In this document: positions 21,478-31,127 of the stretch, one piece after another
How positions within the stretch are numbered: the stretch's first letter is position 1
How the letters are laid out: the number at the start of each line of letters is the position of its first letter
Origin: Candidatus Brocadiia bacterium
GTDB taxonomy: Bacteria > Planctomycetota > Brocadiia > SM23-32
Direction: 5' to 3'
Assembly (NCBI GenBank): GCA_046538485.1
Contig: JBKHIT010000009.1
Span: forward strand, 1-64,000
Length of the DNA stretch: 64,000 nt
Notes under the pieces: model-generated
Told to the model about the DNA's origin: nothing
The model's input: only the letters and a program-made list of their open reading frames with translations
The model's database searches: none
Program-made: the position numbers and the translations under genes

Positions 21478-21735
21478 GAAATAATTGCCCAGTTAAGGTG
21501 CTTAAAAGGTTTTTCGGCGAGCAAAGGTTTTATTTTTGAGTGGAATTGCGCGGGCGATCTCGATAAGAATCATTTTGGCAGTCGGTATGGTATATGGTCG
21601 ATATGGGGACCGTATGCTCCGACGACGCGACATATGAATGGCACGCGGGGCCAGTTCGTGTATGGAGATGGTCATCTTGGTCACTTAAAGGATTATTACA
21701 CGTCATTTTCCCAGCTTCCGTTCAAATGGTACTGA
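21478..21735 (+). pseudogene. Start-less C-terminal remnant of an H-X9-DG prepilin-like protein (not in ORF track)
   Basis: Open frame after TGA 21475-77 reads ...SASKGFIFEWNCAGDLDKNHFGSRYGIWSIWGPYAPTTRHMNGTRGQFVYGDGHLGHLKDYYTSFSQLPFKWY*. Confidence 0.6.
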
Positions 21736-21854
21736 AGCTCGATCGGGATTTTGCCCCACACATTCCGCTGCAACCCTCCGCAGCATTTGGCTTCAGTTCT
21801 GCAGGCGTGAGAGTTGGGGTCCATTTGCCGATATAAGGATTTAATATAAATCCT

Positions 21855-22718
21855 TTATTCGGTGACCTTTACTTCGAACTTCCATTTTGCGTTGTTGGAC
21901 CTAACTTTGACGTAGAATCGCCCGTCCCGCATGACTGTAGCTTTTCGAATATATTCGTCTTCGGTTCGGAAAGTTTTAATCAAGTCTCCGTCTGGAGTTT
22001 TAATTTCGAACGTTGTGAACGCGTCTTCTTTACCAGGGTTGGGCTTTTGTCGGTACTGGAACTGCCAGCGTCCCGTTGTGTCAAACAGATCGCATAAATC
22101 GTTCGAATTGCCAGACATTGAGACAACGGTTCGAATCCGTTCTCCTCTCAGAGGGGTGGGTATTTCCGGGTCGGGCGGGGAAGGGGCGCCCTCAAAAAGG
22201 TCTTCACTATTAGTTTCTTTTGCAGGGGTTTCGTCCTTAACGTCCTTTTTTTCTTGCTCGTCTTTCTTCGGCGTTTTTCCGCTTCCGGAAGCTTTACTTT
22301 CTGCGGCATTTTTCTGAGCAATCTTGAGTTTGTCTTCGAGTTTTTCGACTTTTTCTTCGGCCTTTGCGGCTTTCGTTCGAAGAACGGTCAATTGGCCGGT
22401 TAACGATTCTCGAGCTTTGCTCAAGCCTTCGGCCTCTGCCTTTTGTTTTTCGTATTTTTCCTTGTATTTGTCGGCCTGTTTTTTGAATGCATCGCGTTGG
22501 GCATAAAGATCTTCGTTTGTGGGCGGGCGCAGCATATAGCCCCCCCAAATCCCCAGGGCCAGAGCCAGGGGCCAGCAGATCCAGAACAAAAGAGGCCAGG
22601 GGACGTTACCTTTGTCCGATGAGGTGCTTGTACGCATTCTCCTGACGGTTTTGTCGCTTTTGCGGCGCTGACTGGATTTAACAACCGTATGTTTGGGGTT
22701 GCGATTGCGCTGGGCCAT
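21855..22718 (-). CDS. Hypothetical bitopic membrane protein (basic N-terminus, TM, coiled coil, C-terminal beta domain)
   Basis: GGAGG SD; WPLLFWICWPLALALGIWGGY TM; heptad-rich segment. Confidence 0.8.
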   Translation of the reverse strand: MAQRNRNPKHTVVKSSQRRKSDKTVRRMRTSTSSDKGNVPWPLLFWICWPLALALGIWGGYMLRPPTNEDLYAQRDAFKKQADKYKEKYEKQKAEAEGLSKARESLTGQLTVLRTKAAKAEEKVEKLEDKLKIAQKNAAESKASGSGKTPKKDEQEKKDVKDETPAKETNSEDLFEGAPSPPDPEIPTPLRGERIRTVVSMSGNSNDLCDLFDTTGRWQFQYRQKPNPGKEDAFTTFEIKTPDGDLIKTFRTEDEYIRKATVMRDGRFYVKVRSNNAKWKFEVKVTE

Positions 22719-22893
22719 TTATTGACCTCCGTGATTTCTTGATACGTTGGAACTCACAGGACTGGGACTTTGGCCTGCTGTTGCATATAAAGGGCTGCTG
22801 CACCTCTTTTAGGCTAAAAGTAATTTTACCTTAATGAACCTGTACGGTCAAATTCTGAAATGCGCTGGGGACGAAAAAGAGAAGAGCCCGGTT

Positions 22894-22922
22894 TTGACTT
22901 TGTTCTTGGCTCCGGCTACCAT
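22894..22922 (+). promoter_or_regulatory. Putative sigma70 promoter of hisI
   Basis: TTGACT-17 bp-TACCAT. Confidence 0.55.
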
Positions 22923-22979
22923 AAGTGCGTTTGTGCATTCTGCCAGACAAGACTGTGGGTTTCAGGAAGAGATTTGTTC

Positions 22980-23363
22980 ATGGAGAATTTGCTGAAAGAA
23001 CTGAATTTCCAAAATGGTTTAATGCCATCGGTCATCGTCGATGCGGAAGACGGACAGGTTTTAACGCTTTGTTATTTAAGCGAGGAAGCACTTAGAAAAA
23101 CTCTGGAGACCGGGATAGTTCACCTTTTCAGGCGTTCCAAAGGACGTTTAATGATGAAAGGTGAGACGAGCGGGCATACTCAGCATCTGAAAGAGTTACG
23201 GGTTGACTGTGGGGGAAAATCTCTTGTCCTGGAAGTTAAACAGAAAGTTGCTGCCTGTCATATGGGATACAAAAGTTGTTACTACCGGCGGTATGATATA
23301 TCAGAAGATCGCCTCCTGATAGATGGCGAGAAAATTTTTGATCCCGAAGACGTTTACGGGTAA
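22980..23363 (+). CDS. hisI: Phosphoribosyl-AMP cyclohydrolase (divergent)
   Basis: KGETSGH, DC...ACHMGYKSCYYR Zn motif, FDPEDVYG end. Confidence 0.88.
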   Translation: MENLLKELNFQNGLMPSVIVDAEDGQVLTLCYLSEEALRKTLETGIVHLFRRSKGRLMMKGETSGHTQHLKELRVDCGGKSLVLEVKQKVAACHMGYKSCYYRRYDISEDRLLIDGEKIFDPEDVYG

Positions 23364-23576
23364 CATGAGTTCTGATGTCGTTTTCTATAGTCGGACGTTG
23401 AAAATACTGAAAATGGAGCAATTGTAGCGTAAACAACACCGCCCTTATATTGGACATATCGGTGTTTTGGTGTATAATATTGTAGAAGGGTACGATGTAG
23501 GCGAGCGATAAGTTTCTTTGAGCATGTGCCCGTAAGTCGGGAAAACCGTGCCAGTTCAAGGAAGAGGAGAGAACCG

Positions 23577-24719
23577 ATGGCCGATGACCAGATAACCGAA
23601 GAAGAACTTATAGACAGGTGGGGAATTTCGAGCACAGCGATTGAGAGGCTTATCGAAGAAGATCGCCTCCCCGTTCAGGAAGAAAGAGAAGGCCAGCGAT
23701 GTTTTTCGCTGGAAGATGTCGAAGCTTTCGAAGAATCCGAAGGGGGCGAAGATTTTCTGACGGCAGAGGAAGCTGTCGAAGAACTCGGTATACCGCAAGA
23801 GGATCTTGAAGAAGCTGTTCAAGAGGGGAGTGCAACGGAATATCGGTTCGGCGCAGAGGCGAGGTATACACGAGAACGTCTGGATGAGCTGGAGGGTGGC
23901 CGTGAAGAAGCCGAAATAGGAGCGGCGGCGACTGATCAAACTCAAGAAGTCAACGAAGACGACCTGTTTGATTTTGGAGAAGATATTGGTGTTGACCTTG
24001 GGATGGAGGAAGAGGAGGAAGCTGAAAGGGAAGAGGAAGAGGAGGAAGCTGAAGGGGAAGAGGAAGAGGAGAAAGCTGAAGGGGAAGAGGAAGATGTTTC
24101 TGAAGACGATATGATTACTGGTTCCGTTGACGTGAGCGGAATTGTCGCTGAGGAAGAAGAGGGGGAAGGAGAAGAAGCTGCGGAGGTTTCCGAATCTGAA
24201 ATGATCACCGAAGTCGTGGATGTCAGTGGTCTGGAAGCCGGTGAAGAAGATCTGCTCGGCGATATTATCGAGGATGTGGGGGCTGATATTGAAGAAGAGC
24301 CGGAGTCGACTGGCGGGATGGCTGGAGAGGAAACAGTGGAAATGGGCGAAGGTGTGGAGGCCACCGCCGACATAACTGAACTGGACGAGGAAACTGTGGA
24401 TGCCAGCTGGGAAGAAGGGGAGCGAACGGCCGATATCTCGCAGCTGGAAGAAGAAAGTTTCGAGGGCGAAGAACTTGAAGATATTCTTGCGGGTGAAGAA
24501 GAGCTGCACGGAGAACTCGAAGAGGATGAAGATTTTGAGGTTCCCTATGGAACGCCCGTTGCAGCTGAAGCCGAAGCTTCTGTGCCCGTCTGGATCGTCG
24601 TTGTCCTTGTCCTCGCTTTTGTCATCCAGGCTATTGGGGCGCTGTTTGTGGTGGAGAATTCGGTGGCGCCCGAATACAAGACGGGGATTACTGAATCGAT
24701 TAATCTGTTTAAAGAGTGA
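23577..24719 (+). CDS. Highly acidic protein with two MerR/excisionase-like HTH modules and a C-terminal TM helix
   Basis: ITEEELIDRWGIS and LTAEEAVEELGIP repeats; E/D-rich linker; WIVVVLVLAFVIQAIGALFVV TM. Confidence 0.75.
   Translation: MADDQITEEELIDRWGISSTAIERLIEEDRLPVQEEREGQRCFSLEDVEAFEESEGGEDFLTAEEAVEELGIPQEDLEEAVQEGSATEYRFGAEARYTRERLDELEGGREEAEIGAAATDQTQEVNEDDLFDFGEDIGVDLGMEEEEEAEREEEEEEAEGEEEEEKAEGEEEDVSEDDMITGSVDVSGIVAEEEEGEGEEAAEVSESEMITEVVDVSGLEAGEEDLLGDIIEDVGADIEEEPESTGGMAGEETVEMGEGVEATADITELDEETVDASWEEGERTADISQLEEESFEGEELEDILAGEEELHGELEEDEDFEVPYGTPVAAEAEASVPVWIVVVLVLAFVIQAIGALFVVENSVAPEYKTGITESINLFKE
24006..24086 (+). repeat. Three near-perfect 27-bp tandem repeats (in-frame, EEEEEAE[R/G]E)
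   Basis: GAGGAAGAGGAGGAAGCTGAAAGGGAA / ...GAAGGGGAA / GAGGAAGAGGAGAAAGCTGAAGGGGAA. Confidence 0.9.
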
Positions 24720-24845
24720 TAGGCCGGATCCACCCGTTTTGCCCTGCTGAAAGTCGCTTCTTTTTTAACAATCTCCTTGCATCTTGATTCCGGCAATTGT
24801 TACACTCAGAAGGGATGTGGTATTTGACTTTCCCCTGGAATAGGA

Positions 24846-25616
24846 GTGTTAAATAAAATGCGCAGGAGTTTGCTTGTCATAATGGCCACTGTCAGTGCTG
24901 TTTGGGTAATGGGCTGCGCGCAGACCAGAGAGTTGAGCAAGACGAACAAAAACCTCCAGGATAAGCTGAAAACTTACAGAAGCGAACGGGATGCATTGAG
25001 GAAACGTTGCGAGAACCTGGAAAAAGAAAATACGCAACTCAAAGAAAAACTTAAGAAGGCGCAGGAAAGTACGAGGGAAATGAGCGAGTTGCTCGGGCAG
25101 CTCGAACAAGCGCGAAAACAACGGAAAAAGAAACTCGACGAATTGCGGAAATTGGTGGCCGATATAAGCGGGATGCGCATCGAACCGCGACAAGAAGGTG
25201 ATTTTATTATTATCGAAAATAAAATCCTCTTTGCTGCGGGGAAAATTGCTCTTAACGAAGATGCTCAAACGACACTCAAATCGACGGTGGTTGCTTACAT
25301 AAACAAGACGCTTGCGGAGAAACCAAACCAAAAATTCCGTATTGACGGGCATACAGACGGACAACCTATCCGACATTCAGAGTGGAAAGACAATTATCAT
25401 CTCGCGGCTATGAGAGCTCATTCGGTTATGTCTTACCTCCACTCTCAGGGTGTGCCGAAGGAAAAGATGTATATTTCTGCCTTTGGCCCTAATCGGCCAC
25501 TGGTGAAGCCAAAAAAACCGGAATCGGATACGCCCAAAAACCGACGCGTCGAGATCCTTATGGTGCCACGTGCTGCGGAGGGTATCGACGAAGTTTTGGA
25601 GCAGTTCGGTCGATAG
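24846..25616 (+). CDS. OmpA/MotB C-terminal domain lipoprotein with coiled coil
   Basis: Lipobox VMGC; IDGHTDGQPI, NYHLAAMRA and KNRRVEI motifs. Confidence 0.9.
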   Translation: MLNKMRRSLLVIMATVSAVWVMGCAQTRELSKTNKNLQDKLKTYRSERDALRKRCENLEKENTQLKEKLKKAQESTREMSELLGQLEQARKQRKKKLDELRKLVADISGMRIEPRQEGDFIIIENKILFAAGKIALNEDAQTTLKSTVVAYINKTLAEKPNQKFRIDGHTDGQPIRHSEWKDNYHLAAMRAHSVMSYLHSQGVPKEKMYISAFGPNRPLVKPKKPESDTPKNRRVEILMVPRAAEGIDEVLEQFGR

Positions 25617-25654
25617 AAACACAGGCAAATACGCCAACTTATGTAGAGCTGTCT

Positions 25655-25709
25655 GAACGGGCCGCGGGTCGGAATTAAGTCCTTTCCCTCGTCGGCCCGT
25701 TCTTTTTTT
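25655..25709 (+). terminator. Putative intrinsic terminator
   Basis: GAACGGGCCG...CGGCCCGTTC stem followed by T7. Confidence 0.65.
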
Positions 25710-25762
25710 CTGTTACTCTTTCCTATTACGAGCGGGGCGCCGAGCCTGTGAGGTTTCGAGAA

Positions 25763-26278
25763 ATGATCTATAAGGTGAAAATGCCCAAAATAGATGCCAA
25801 CGTCGATGAGGGAACCATCGGAGAATGGCTTAAAGACGAAGGGGAAGAGGTGGTTGAAGGCGAACCTCTGGTAGAAATCATTACTGATAAGGCGAATTTC
25901 CAGCTGGAAGCCCAAGACAGCGGGTTCCTGAGAGTAAAATTGGCCCGAAGCAAGGACGTGATTCCTGTAGGCTATATTCTCGCATTGATGGCCGATAACA
26001 TGAGTGAGAATTTGCCGGATCCGATGGCGGAAAACGACAGCATTATGGAGCAGTACCGTCAGAATATGCTTTTCGGTGGAGCGGAAGACTCGGAACCGGA
26101 GGAAGCGGGATATAAACAGCGTAGCCGTCAGAAATCCAAGGATGTCAGTGCAACGCCCGCGGCACGCAGGCTCGCACAGACCTACGGCATCGATCTGACA
26201 GAAATCGATACTGGTGGACGCGTGATCAAAAAGGAAGATGTGCAGGAATTGGCGGAACAAGAGCGGGGAGAAACATGA
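25763..26278 (+). CDS. Stand-alone lipoyl domain plus E3-binding (PSBD) protein without acyltransferase domain
   Basis: VKMPKI...EGTIGEWLK...EIITDKA lipoyl motif; ATPAARRLA..GIDL...IKKEDV PSBD. Confidence 0.88.
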   Translation: MIYKVKMPKIDANVDEGTIGEWLKDEGEEVVEGEPLVEIITDKANFQLEAQDSGFLRVKLARSKDVIPVGYILALMADNMSENLPDPMAENDSIMEQYRQNMLFGGAEDSEPEEAGYKQRSRQKSKDVSATPAARRLAQTYGIDLTEIDTGGRVIKKEDVQELAEQERGET

Positions 26279-26282
26279 AACC

Positions 26283-27494
26283 ATGACCGGTAGGTGTAAA
26301 GTATGGGTTACAGGCCTCGGAGTCGTTTCGTGCCTTGGTATCGGGGCGGAGGCATTCTGGAATGCCCTGCTGTGTTGTGAAAATGGTATCGGACCGCTTG
26401 ACCGGTTCGATTTGGGAAATAGTGCCTATACCTTCGGGGGACAGGTGTCCGGCATGACGCCAGAGCCTTTCCTCGAAGCTGGTGGCTCGATGGGGGCGCA
26501 GTTCGCAGTCCGGGCGGCCAAAGAGGCACTCGATGATGTCCCGGAGACCGAACGCAAGGAAATGGCTCTAATCCTGGCGACAAATTTCGGTCCTGCGGAA
26601 ATCCTGGAACAACTGATTGATGAGGGCGACCTCGAAGGAGCACCTATTGAAAATCCATTGCCGCGAGGATTCTACGATTGGGATGTCGAATACGTGGCAA
26701 ATCGGATTGGTCTCGGAGGAGAACGGTTTGATATGTCGCTTTCATGCAGTTCCGGTAATGCGGCGTTTGGACACGCCCTTGAGTTGATCCGAGGGGGATG
26801 CGCGGAAATGGTGCTCGCCGGTGGGTATGATAGCATTCAGAAAACTTCATGGGCGGGACTGTCATGCCTTAGAGTCATGGCTGTTGATGATGACGAACCA
26901 CCACTCGTGCGGCCTTTCGATGCCAACAGATCCGGTACGCTTTTTAGCGAAGGAGCAGCGTTGCTATTGCTTGAAAGTGCCGACCATGCGAAAAAACGTG
27001 GCGCGCATGCTCTTGCAGAACTCGCTGGAGCCGGTGCCAATAATAATGCCTATCACATGACACATGCCGACGAGGAAGGCAAAGCTACGGGGGAAGTGAT
27101 TCGGATGGCAATAGAGGACTCACAAATCGATGATTCAGAAATTTCGCATTTTAATGCCCACGGTACCGGCACAAAATTGAACGATGTCATTGAATCCCGG
27201 GCAATTGGCCGTGTCTTTGGAGACCGTACCAAGAGTATTCCGGTGAATTCGCTCAAAGGCGGGCTTGGACACGGTATGGGAGCGGCAAGCGCTTTCGAAG
27301 CTGTCGCGTGCGTTAGAAGCCTGCAAGAAAATCTGATACCCCCGACAGCTAATCTGGAAACCCCCGATCCAGAATGTGACCTTGATCTGGTGCGTAACGA
27401 GCCGCGTGAGGCTGATCTGAAAGCGGTTGTAAACAATTCTGCCGGAATCGGTGGAGGCAATGCTGCAGTGTTGCTGAAGAAGGCTGGAGATTAA
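26283..27494 (+). CDS. Beta-ketoacyl-ACP synthase (FabF-like / type II PKS KS)
   Basis: VWVTGLGVVS, catalytic LSCSSG, NAHGTGT, LGHGMGAA and NSAGIGGGNA motifs. Confidence 0.93.
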   Translation: MTGRCKVWVTGLGVVSCLGIGAEAFWNALLCCENGIGPLDRFDLGNSAYTFGGQVSGMTPEPFLEAGGSMGAQFAVRAAKEALDDVPETERKEMALILATNFGPAEILEQLIDEGDLEGAPIENPLPRGFYDWDVEYVANRIGLGGERFDMSLSCSSGNAAFGHALELIRGGCAEMVLAGGYDSIQKTSWAGLSCLRVMAVDDDEPPLVRPFDANRSGTLFSEGAALLLLESADHAKKRGAHALAELAGAGANNNAYHMTHADEEGKATGEVIRMAIEDSQIDDSEISHFNAHGTGTKLNDVIESRAIGRVFGDRTKSIPVNSLKGGLGHGMGAASAFEAVACVRSLQENLIPPTANLETPDPECDLDLVRNEPREADLKAVVNNSAGIGGGNAAVLLKKAGD

Positions 27495-27597
27495 ATTTAA
27501 TTTGATAACCGTCGATCCTGACGGGTGACTCGAAAACAAGAGTTTTTCTCTGTTAGTGATTGAAAGACGGCTCATTCATAAAACGGCTTTATAGACA

Positions 27598-28782
27598 ATG
27601 AACGATCGACAAAATAAAACGGAATCTATTTATATAACAGGGTTGGGTTGTGTGAGCGCATTGGGGGTTGGTATTGAAGCCATTGCAGAACCTTTTTGGA
27701 GCAGTGATAACCTTTTGGAAGATAAGGAATCCGCGCGAAACAAAGGTCTTCCACAATGCTGTGTGCCTGAGTTCGACGTCAGCGATTTTATCCCAACGAA
27801 AAGGCCTTATCTCGATCCCAATAGTCGTTTCGCGCTGGTGGCAGGCGGGATGGCGCTCCATGCCTCGGGACCGGGAGAGGAAATTATCAATCCCGCCCGA
27901 AGTGGGGTGGCAACGGGAACGGTATTGGGAAATATCAATTCGCAGGAAAAATTTCAATACGGAATAATGGAAAAAGGTGTCCGGCTGGCTTCCCCGATGT
28001 TATTTCCGCATTGCTATCCGAATACGAGCAACAGCCTTCTGAGCATCGAATTTGGTCTTCGGGGCTATAACCAGAATATCTGCGGGAACCGTGTCAGCGG
28101 CGCGAAAGCCGTTCAACTCGGCGCTCAGGCAATTCACTCAGGGCATGCCGACCTGATGCTGGTGGGAGGTTCGGATGCTTTGAGCGAAACAGTTTTAAAC
28201 GCTTGGGAGCAAGGTGACAATAACCGGACAATCCCGCCGGGAGAAGGCGCGGCGTTTCTTGTTTTGGAAAACGAGTTCTCCCTGGAACGGCGTTCGAGCT
28301 CCCCGGCCTGTCGCCTCGCTTCCATTTTGAGTTGTGGAACGGGAGTCCTTCCTGAAGAATCGGGTATCGACGTTGAACGCAAAATCACCAGGACGGTTAA
28401 AGATACTATCGAGCAGGCTCTTGAACAGGCCAGTTTATGGGAGGGGGATCTCGGAGCGGTGTTTACGACCCTTTCCCTTGATGAAGATCGAGTTGTTTCG
28501 CGTGCTTTGAGCGACGCTCTTGCGTCATCCTCGCAGGTTCCGAAATTCCCGCCATCCCGCCGCATAGGGGATACGCTGGCAGCAGCTTTCGGCATGGGAT
28601 CCATACTGGCGGCCCTGATTGTTAACGAGGAAAAGTTGCCTTCTCCACCTCAGCTTGAAGATGTTCAAAATGGCGTAGAGCTCTGGGTTGAAGAAATGCC
28701 TTCCGGGATGCTCGGGAAAGCGGTAGCCGTTGTGGATTGCTCGGAGCATAATGTGGTGGTGGCGATTCTTTCCGCAAGTTGA
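27598..28782 (+). CDS. Non-catalytic ketosynthase homolog (chain-length-factor-like)
   Basis: IYITGLGCVS, SPMLFP...N and GEGAAFLVLE retained. Cys site reads GNRVSG, HGTGT is absent, second His site reads IGDT. Confidence 0.85.
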   Translation: MNDRQNKTESIYITGLGCVSALGVGIEAIAEPFWSSDNLLEDKESARNKGLPQCCVPEFDVSDFIPTKRPYLDPNSRFALVAGGMALHASGPGEEIINPARSGVATGTVLGNINSQEKFQYGIMEKGVRLASPMLFPHCYPNTSNSLLSIEFGLRGYNQNICGNRVSGAKAVQLGAQAIHSGHADLMLVGGSDALSETVLNAWEQGDNNRTIPPGEGAAFLVLENEFSLERRSSSPACRLASILSCGTGVLPEESGIDVERKITRTVKDTIEQALEQASLWEGDLGAVFTTLSLDEDRVVSRALSDALASSSQVPKFPPSRRIGDTLAAAFGMGSILAALIVNEEKLPSPPQLEDVQNGVELWVEEMPSGMLGKAVAVVDCSEHNVVVAILSAS

Positions 28783-29645
28783 GGGTGATGACTGTGGCTG
28801 TTGTGAGCGCCATTATACTGAGCCATAACAAATCAAAATACACCCGCGCAACCCTGGCAAGTTTGGTTTCAACCAGGGGAGTAAAGCTGGAAGTTATCCT
28901 GATTGATAATGGTTCGACCGATGGCACACGCGCGATGTTGGAAGAGATGAAAGATGAATTCGCCGAGCAGGGCCATGTTATGCGGTGCCACTTCAATGAA
29001 ACAAATGTTGGGTGTTGCACCGGTAGAAACCAGGGGCTGGAAATGGCGCGTGGGGAATACTGCGCCTTTCTGGACAACGATGTGATGGCCGTGGAAAATA
29101 ACTGGGCATCCGAGCTTATTTCAACACTCGAAGAGGAAGAGAATGCCGGGATTGTTGGGCCGAAGATGATTTACCCGTTTGGACCTCACCAGATCCAGTG
29201 CGCCGGCGTTGGGGTCTCCCCCAACGGCCGCATAAAATTCAGGGGCCGGGGGGATGACCGACATACACCACGATATAATGTCCGTCGGGAAGTTCAATGT
29301 CTTATCAGTGCCTGTTTTCTTTTTCCCAGAAGTTTGTATGAGGAGATCGGTGGACTCGACGAAGTCTTCAACCCAATCGAATTCGAAGATTTTGATTTCT
29401 GCTATCGAGCCAAAGAAGCGGGATATTGTTGTATTTATGAACCCGGCGTCGAGATGTACCATTGGGAAAGTATTACCAGCGAGGGGACGGCGAAACTGCC
29501 GAATACTTACCTTATCATCAAGCATGGCATAATTTTTAAAAAGCGCTGGCGTCACATGTTTAAAAAGGAAGATGGTCCGCCTGATTCCGAATGCAAGTGG
29601 GAAAAAATTACGATGGAAAGTCTGGATGGGAAACGCTCTCGGTGA
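28779..29645 (+). CDS. Glycosyltransferase family 2
   Basis: VILIDNGSTDGT, GRNQG, FLDND, GGLDE and EDFDFC motifs. Confidence 0.93.
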   Translation: MRVMTVAVVSAIILSHNKSKYTRATLASLVSTRGVKLEVILIDNGSTDGTRAMLEEMKDEFAEQGHVMRCHFNETNVGCCTGRNQGLEMARGEYCAFLDNDVMAVENNWASELISTLEEEENAGIVGPKMIYPFGPHQIQCAGVGVSPNGRIKFRGRGDDRHTPRYNVRREVQCLISACFLFPRSLYEEIGGLDEVFNPIEFEDFDFCYRAKEAGYCCIYEPGVEMYHWESITSEGTAKLPNTYLIIKHGIIFKKRWRHMFKKEDGPPDSECKWEKITMESLDGKRSR

Positions 29646-29789
29646 AAGGATGTTGCTGGAAACAGGGGAGAATTTGCAAAAGGGACTGACAGTTCGGTTA
29701 CCACGGAAGGTTGTCTGGCGCCGGGAAATCGGGTAATTTCGATTTGTGCAGAGTTGCATCGGTGATGACTACTTTCAAAAGGAATAATT

Positions 29790-30050
29790 ATGGACAAAGA
29801 ACTGGAAGACAAAATCAAGGAAATGATTGTGGAGAGATGTTTTCTGACCATTGGTCCCGAAGAAATCGACGATGGAGCGAATTTGATGGACGATGTGGGT
29901 CTCGATTCGGTTCAGATACTGGAAGTGGTAGTCGGACTGGAAGATGAATTTGGTGTTACGATTGATGATTCAGATTTTGACATCGAGAATTTTGAGACGG
30001 TGGCGGCGATTGCCAACTATGTCCGTGATAATGAAGAAACTGGACAGTGA
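29790..30050 (+). CDS. Acyl carrier protein
   Basis: GLDSVQILEVVVGLEDEFGV phosphopantetheine motif; acidic 86 aa. Confidence 0.95.
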   Translation: MDKELEDKIKEMIVERCFLTIGPEEIDDGANLMDDVGLDSVQILEVVVGLEDEFGVTIDDSDFDIENFETVAAIANYVRDNEETGQ

Positions 30051-30062
30051 TTTTGGAGAGCC

Positions 30063-31094
30063 GTGAATATTATGACACCTTATGAGATTGTCCGGCGGGC
30101 GATAGAATTCGATAAACCGAAACGAATTCCAATTCGGCTCGGAACGATCGGTTTTGACGATTGTTGCTGGGTCGGGTGGAAGCCACCCGAAAACTGGGAG
30201 GCTCGAGCGGAAAATGTGGATGAGTGGGGGTGTCGCTGGGAGCGTCCCACGACCGTGCAGAATATGGGACAGGTTAAGGGACATCCGTTGGAGGATTGGC
30301 GTGAGCTGGAGAACTATCTCGCCCCCGATCCGCATATCCCATCGCGGTTCCGGGATACAGAAGAGCAGCTTCAAGAGGCGGGTGAAAAATACGTTGTTAT
30401 TGGATGTGGATTTACGCTATTTGAACGAATGTATTACCTGCGCGGGTATCAGAATCTTTTGACGGATTTTTATACGCAACCGAAACGTGTGGACGAGCTT
30501 GCGGAAAAAGTGGTGCAATTCCCAATTGGTATCGCGGAGGAGGTCGGCAAGCGATTCCGAGGTCGCATTCACGGATTTGCAATGACCGACGACTGGGGTA
30601 CACAGCAGCAGTCGACAATCAGCATTCCCATGTGGCGGCGATTTTTCAAGGAACGTTATCGGCGGCTGTTTGATGCGATCCACGATGCGGGAATGCATGC
30701 GTGGATGCATTCATGCGGAAAGGTCAACGAGGTGATCGAAGAATGGGTCGATGTGGGGCTTGACGTTGTGAACCTCCAGCAGCCTACACTGCTCGGCATT
30801 AAGGAGATCGGTCAACGATACCGGGGGAGAATCTGCTTTGAAACGCTTTGTGATATCCAGAAAACACTTCCAGGGGGTTCCCCCGAGGAGATTCGAGCGG
30901 AAGCACGGGAATTGCTGAAAGAATGGGCCACTTCGGAAGGGGGGTTCATCCTCAGTGACTACGGGGATGGTGCCGCGATCGGAGCTGCTGACGAGCAAAA
31001 ACAGATTATGTGGCGCGCATTTACTGAACTGGCTGCGCCTGAACTGGAGGGATTGAAACCCTGGGAAGAAAGTGGGACGGTCCATCCCGCCTGA
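30063..31094 (+). CDS. Uroporphyrinogen decarboxylase / MtaA-CmuA methyltransferase superfamily protein
   Basis: DEWGC.W, TLFERM..LRG, DDWGTQ, MHSCG and GGFILS motifs. Confidence 0.88.
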   Translation: MNIMTPYEIVRRAIEFDKPKRIPIRLGTIGFDDCCWVGWKPPENWEARAENVDEWGCRWERPTTVQNMGQVKGHPLEDWRELENYLAPDPHIPSRFRDTEEQLQEAGEKYVVIGCGFTLFERMYYLRGYQNLLTDFYTQPKRVDELAEKVVQFPIGIAEEVGKRFRGRIHGFAMTDDWGTQQQSTISIPMWRRFFKERYRRLFDAIHDAGMHAWMHSCGKVNEVIEEWVDVGLDVVNLQQPTLLGIKEIGQRYRGRICFETLCDIQKTLPGGSPEEIRAEARELLKEWATSEGGFILSDYGDGAAIGAADEQKQIMWRAFTELAAPELEGLKPWEESGTVHPA

Positions 31095-31127
31095 CACGTA
31101 TCTCCTACGATTTATCGAGGAAATCAG

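Noticed and set aside
23556..24509. Long antisense ORFs such as 23556-24509, 6675-7709, 42563-43462 and 46277-46999
   Set aside because: Shadow frames of well-supported opposite-strand genes, with Ser/Phe-rich compositions mirroring Glu/Lys codons.
26283..30050. Calling the KS cluster ladderane or aryl-polyene biosynthesis outright
   Set aside because: Radical-SAM, dehydratase, reductase and ligase genes expected for those loci are absent from the window, so the product cannot be assigned.
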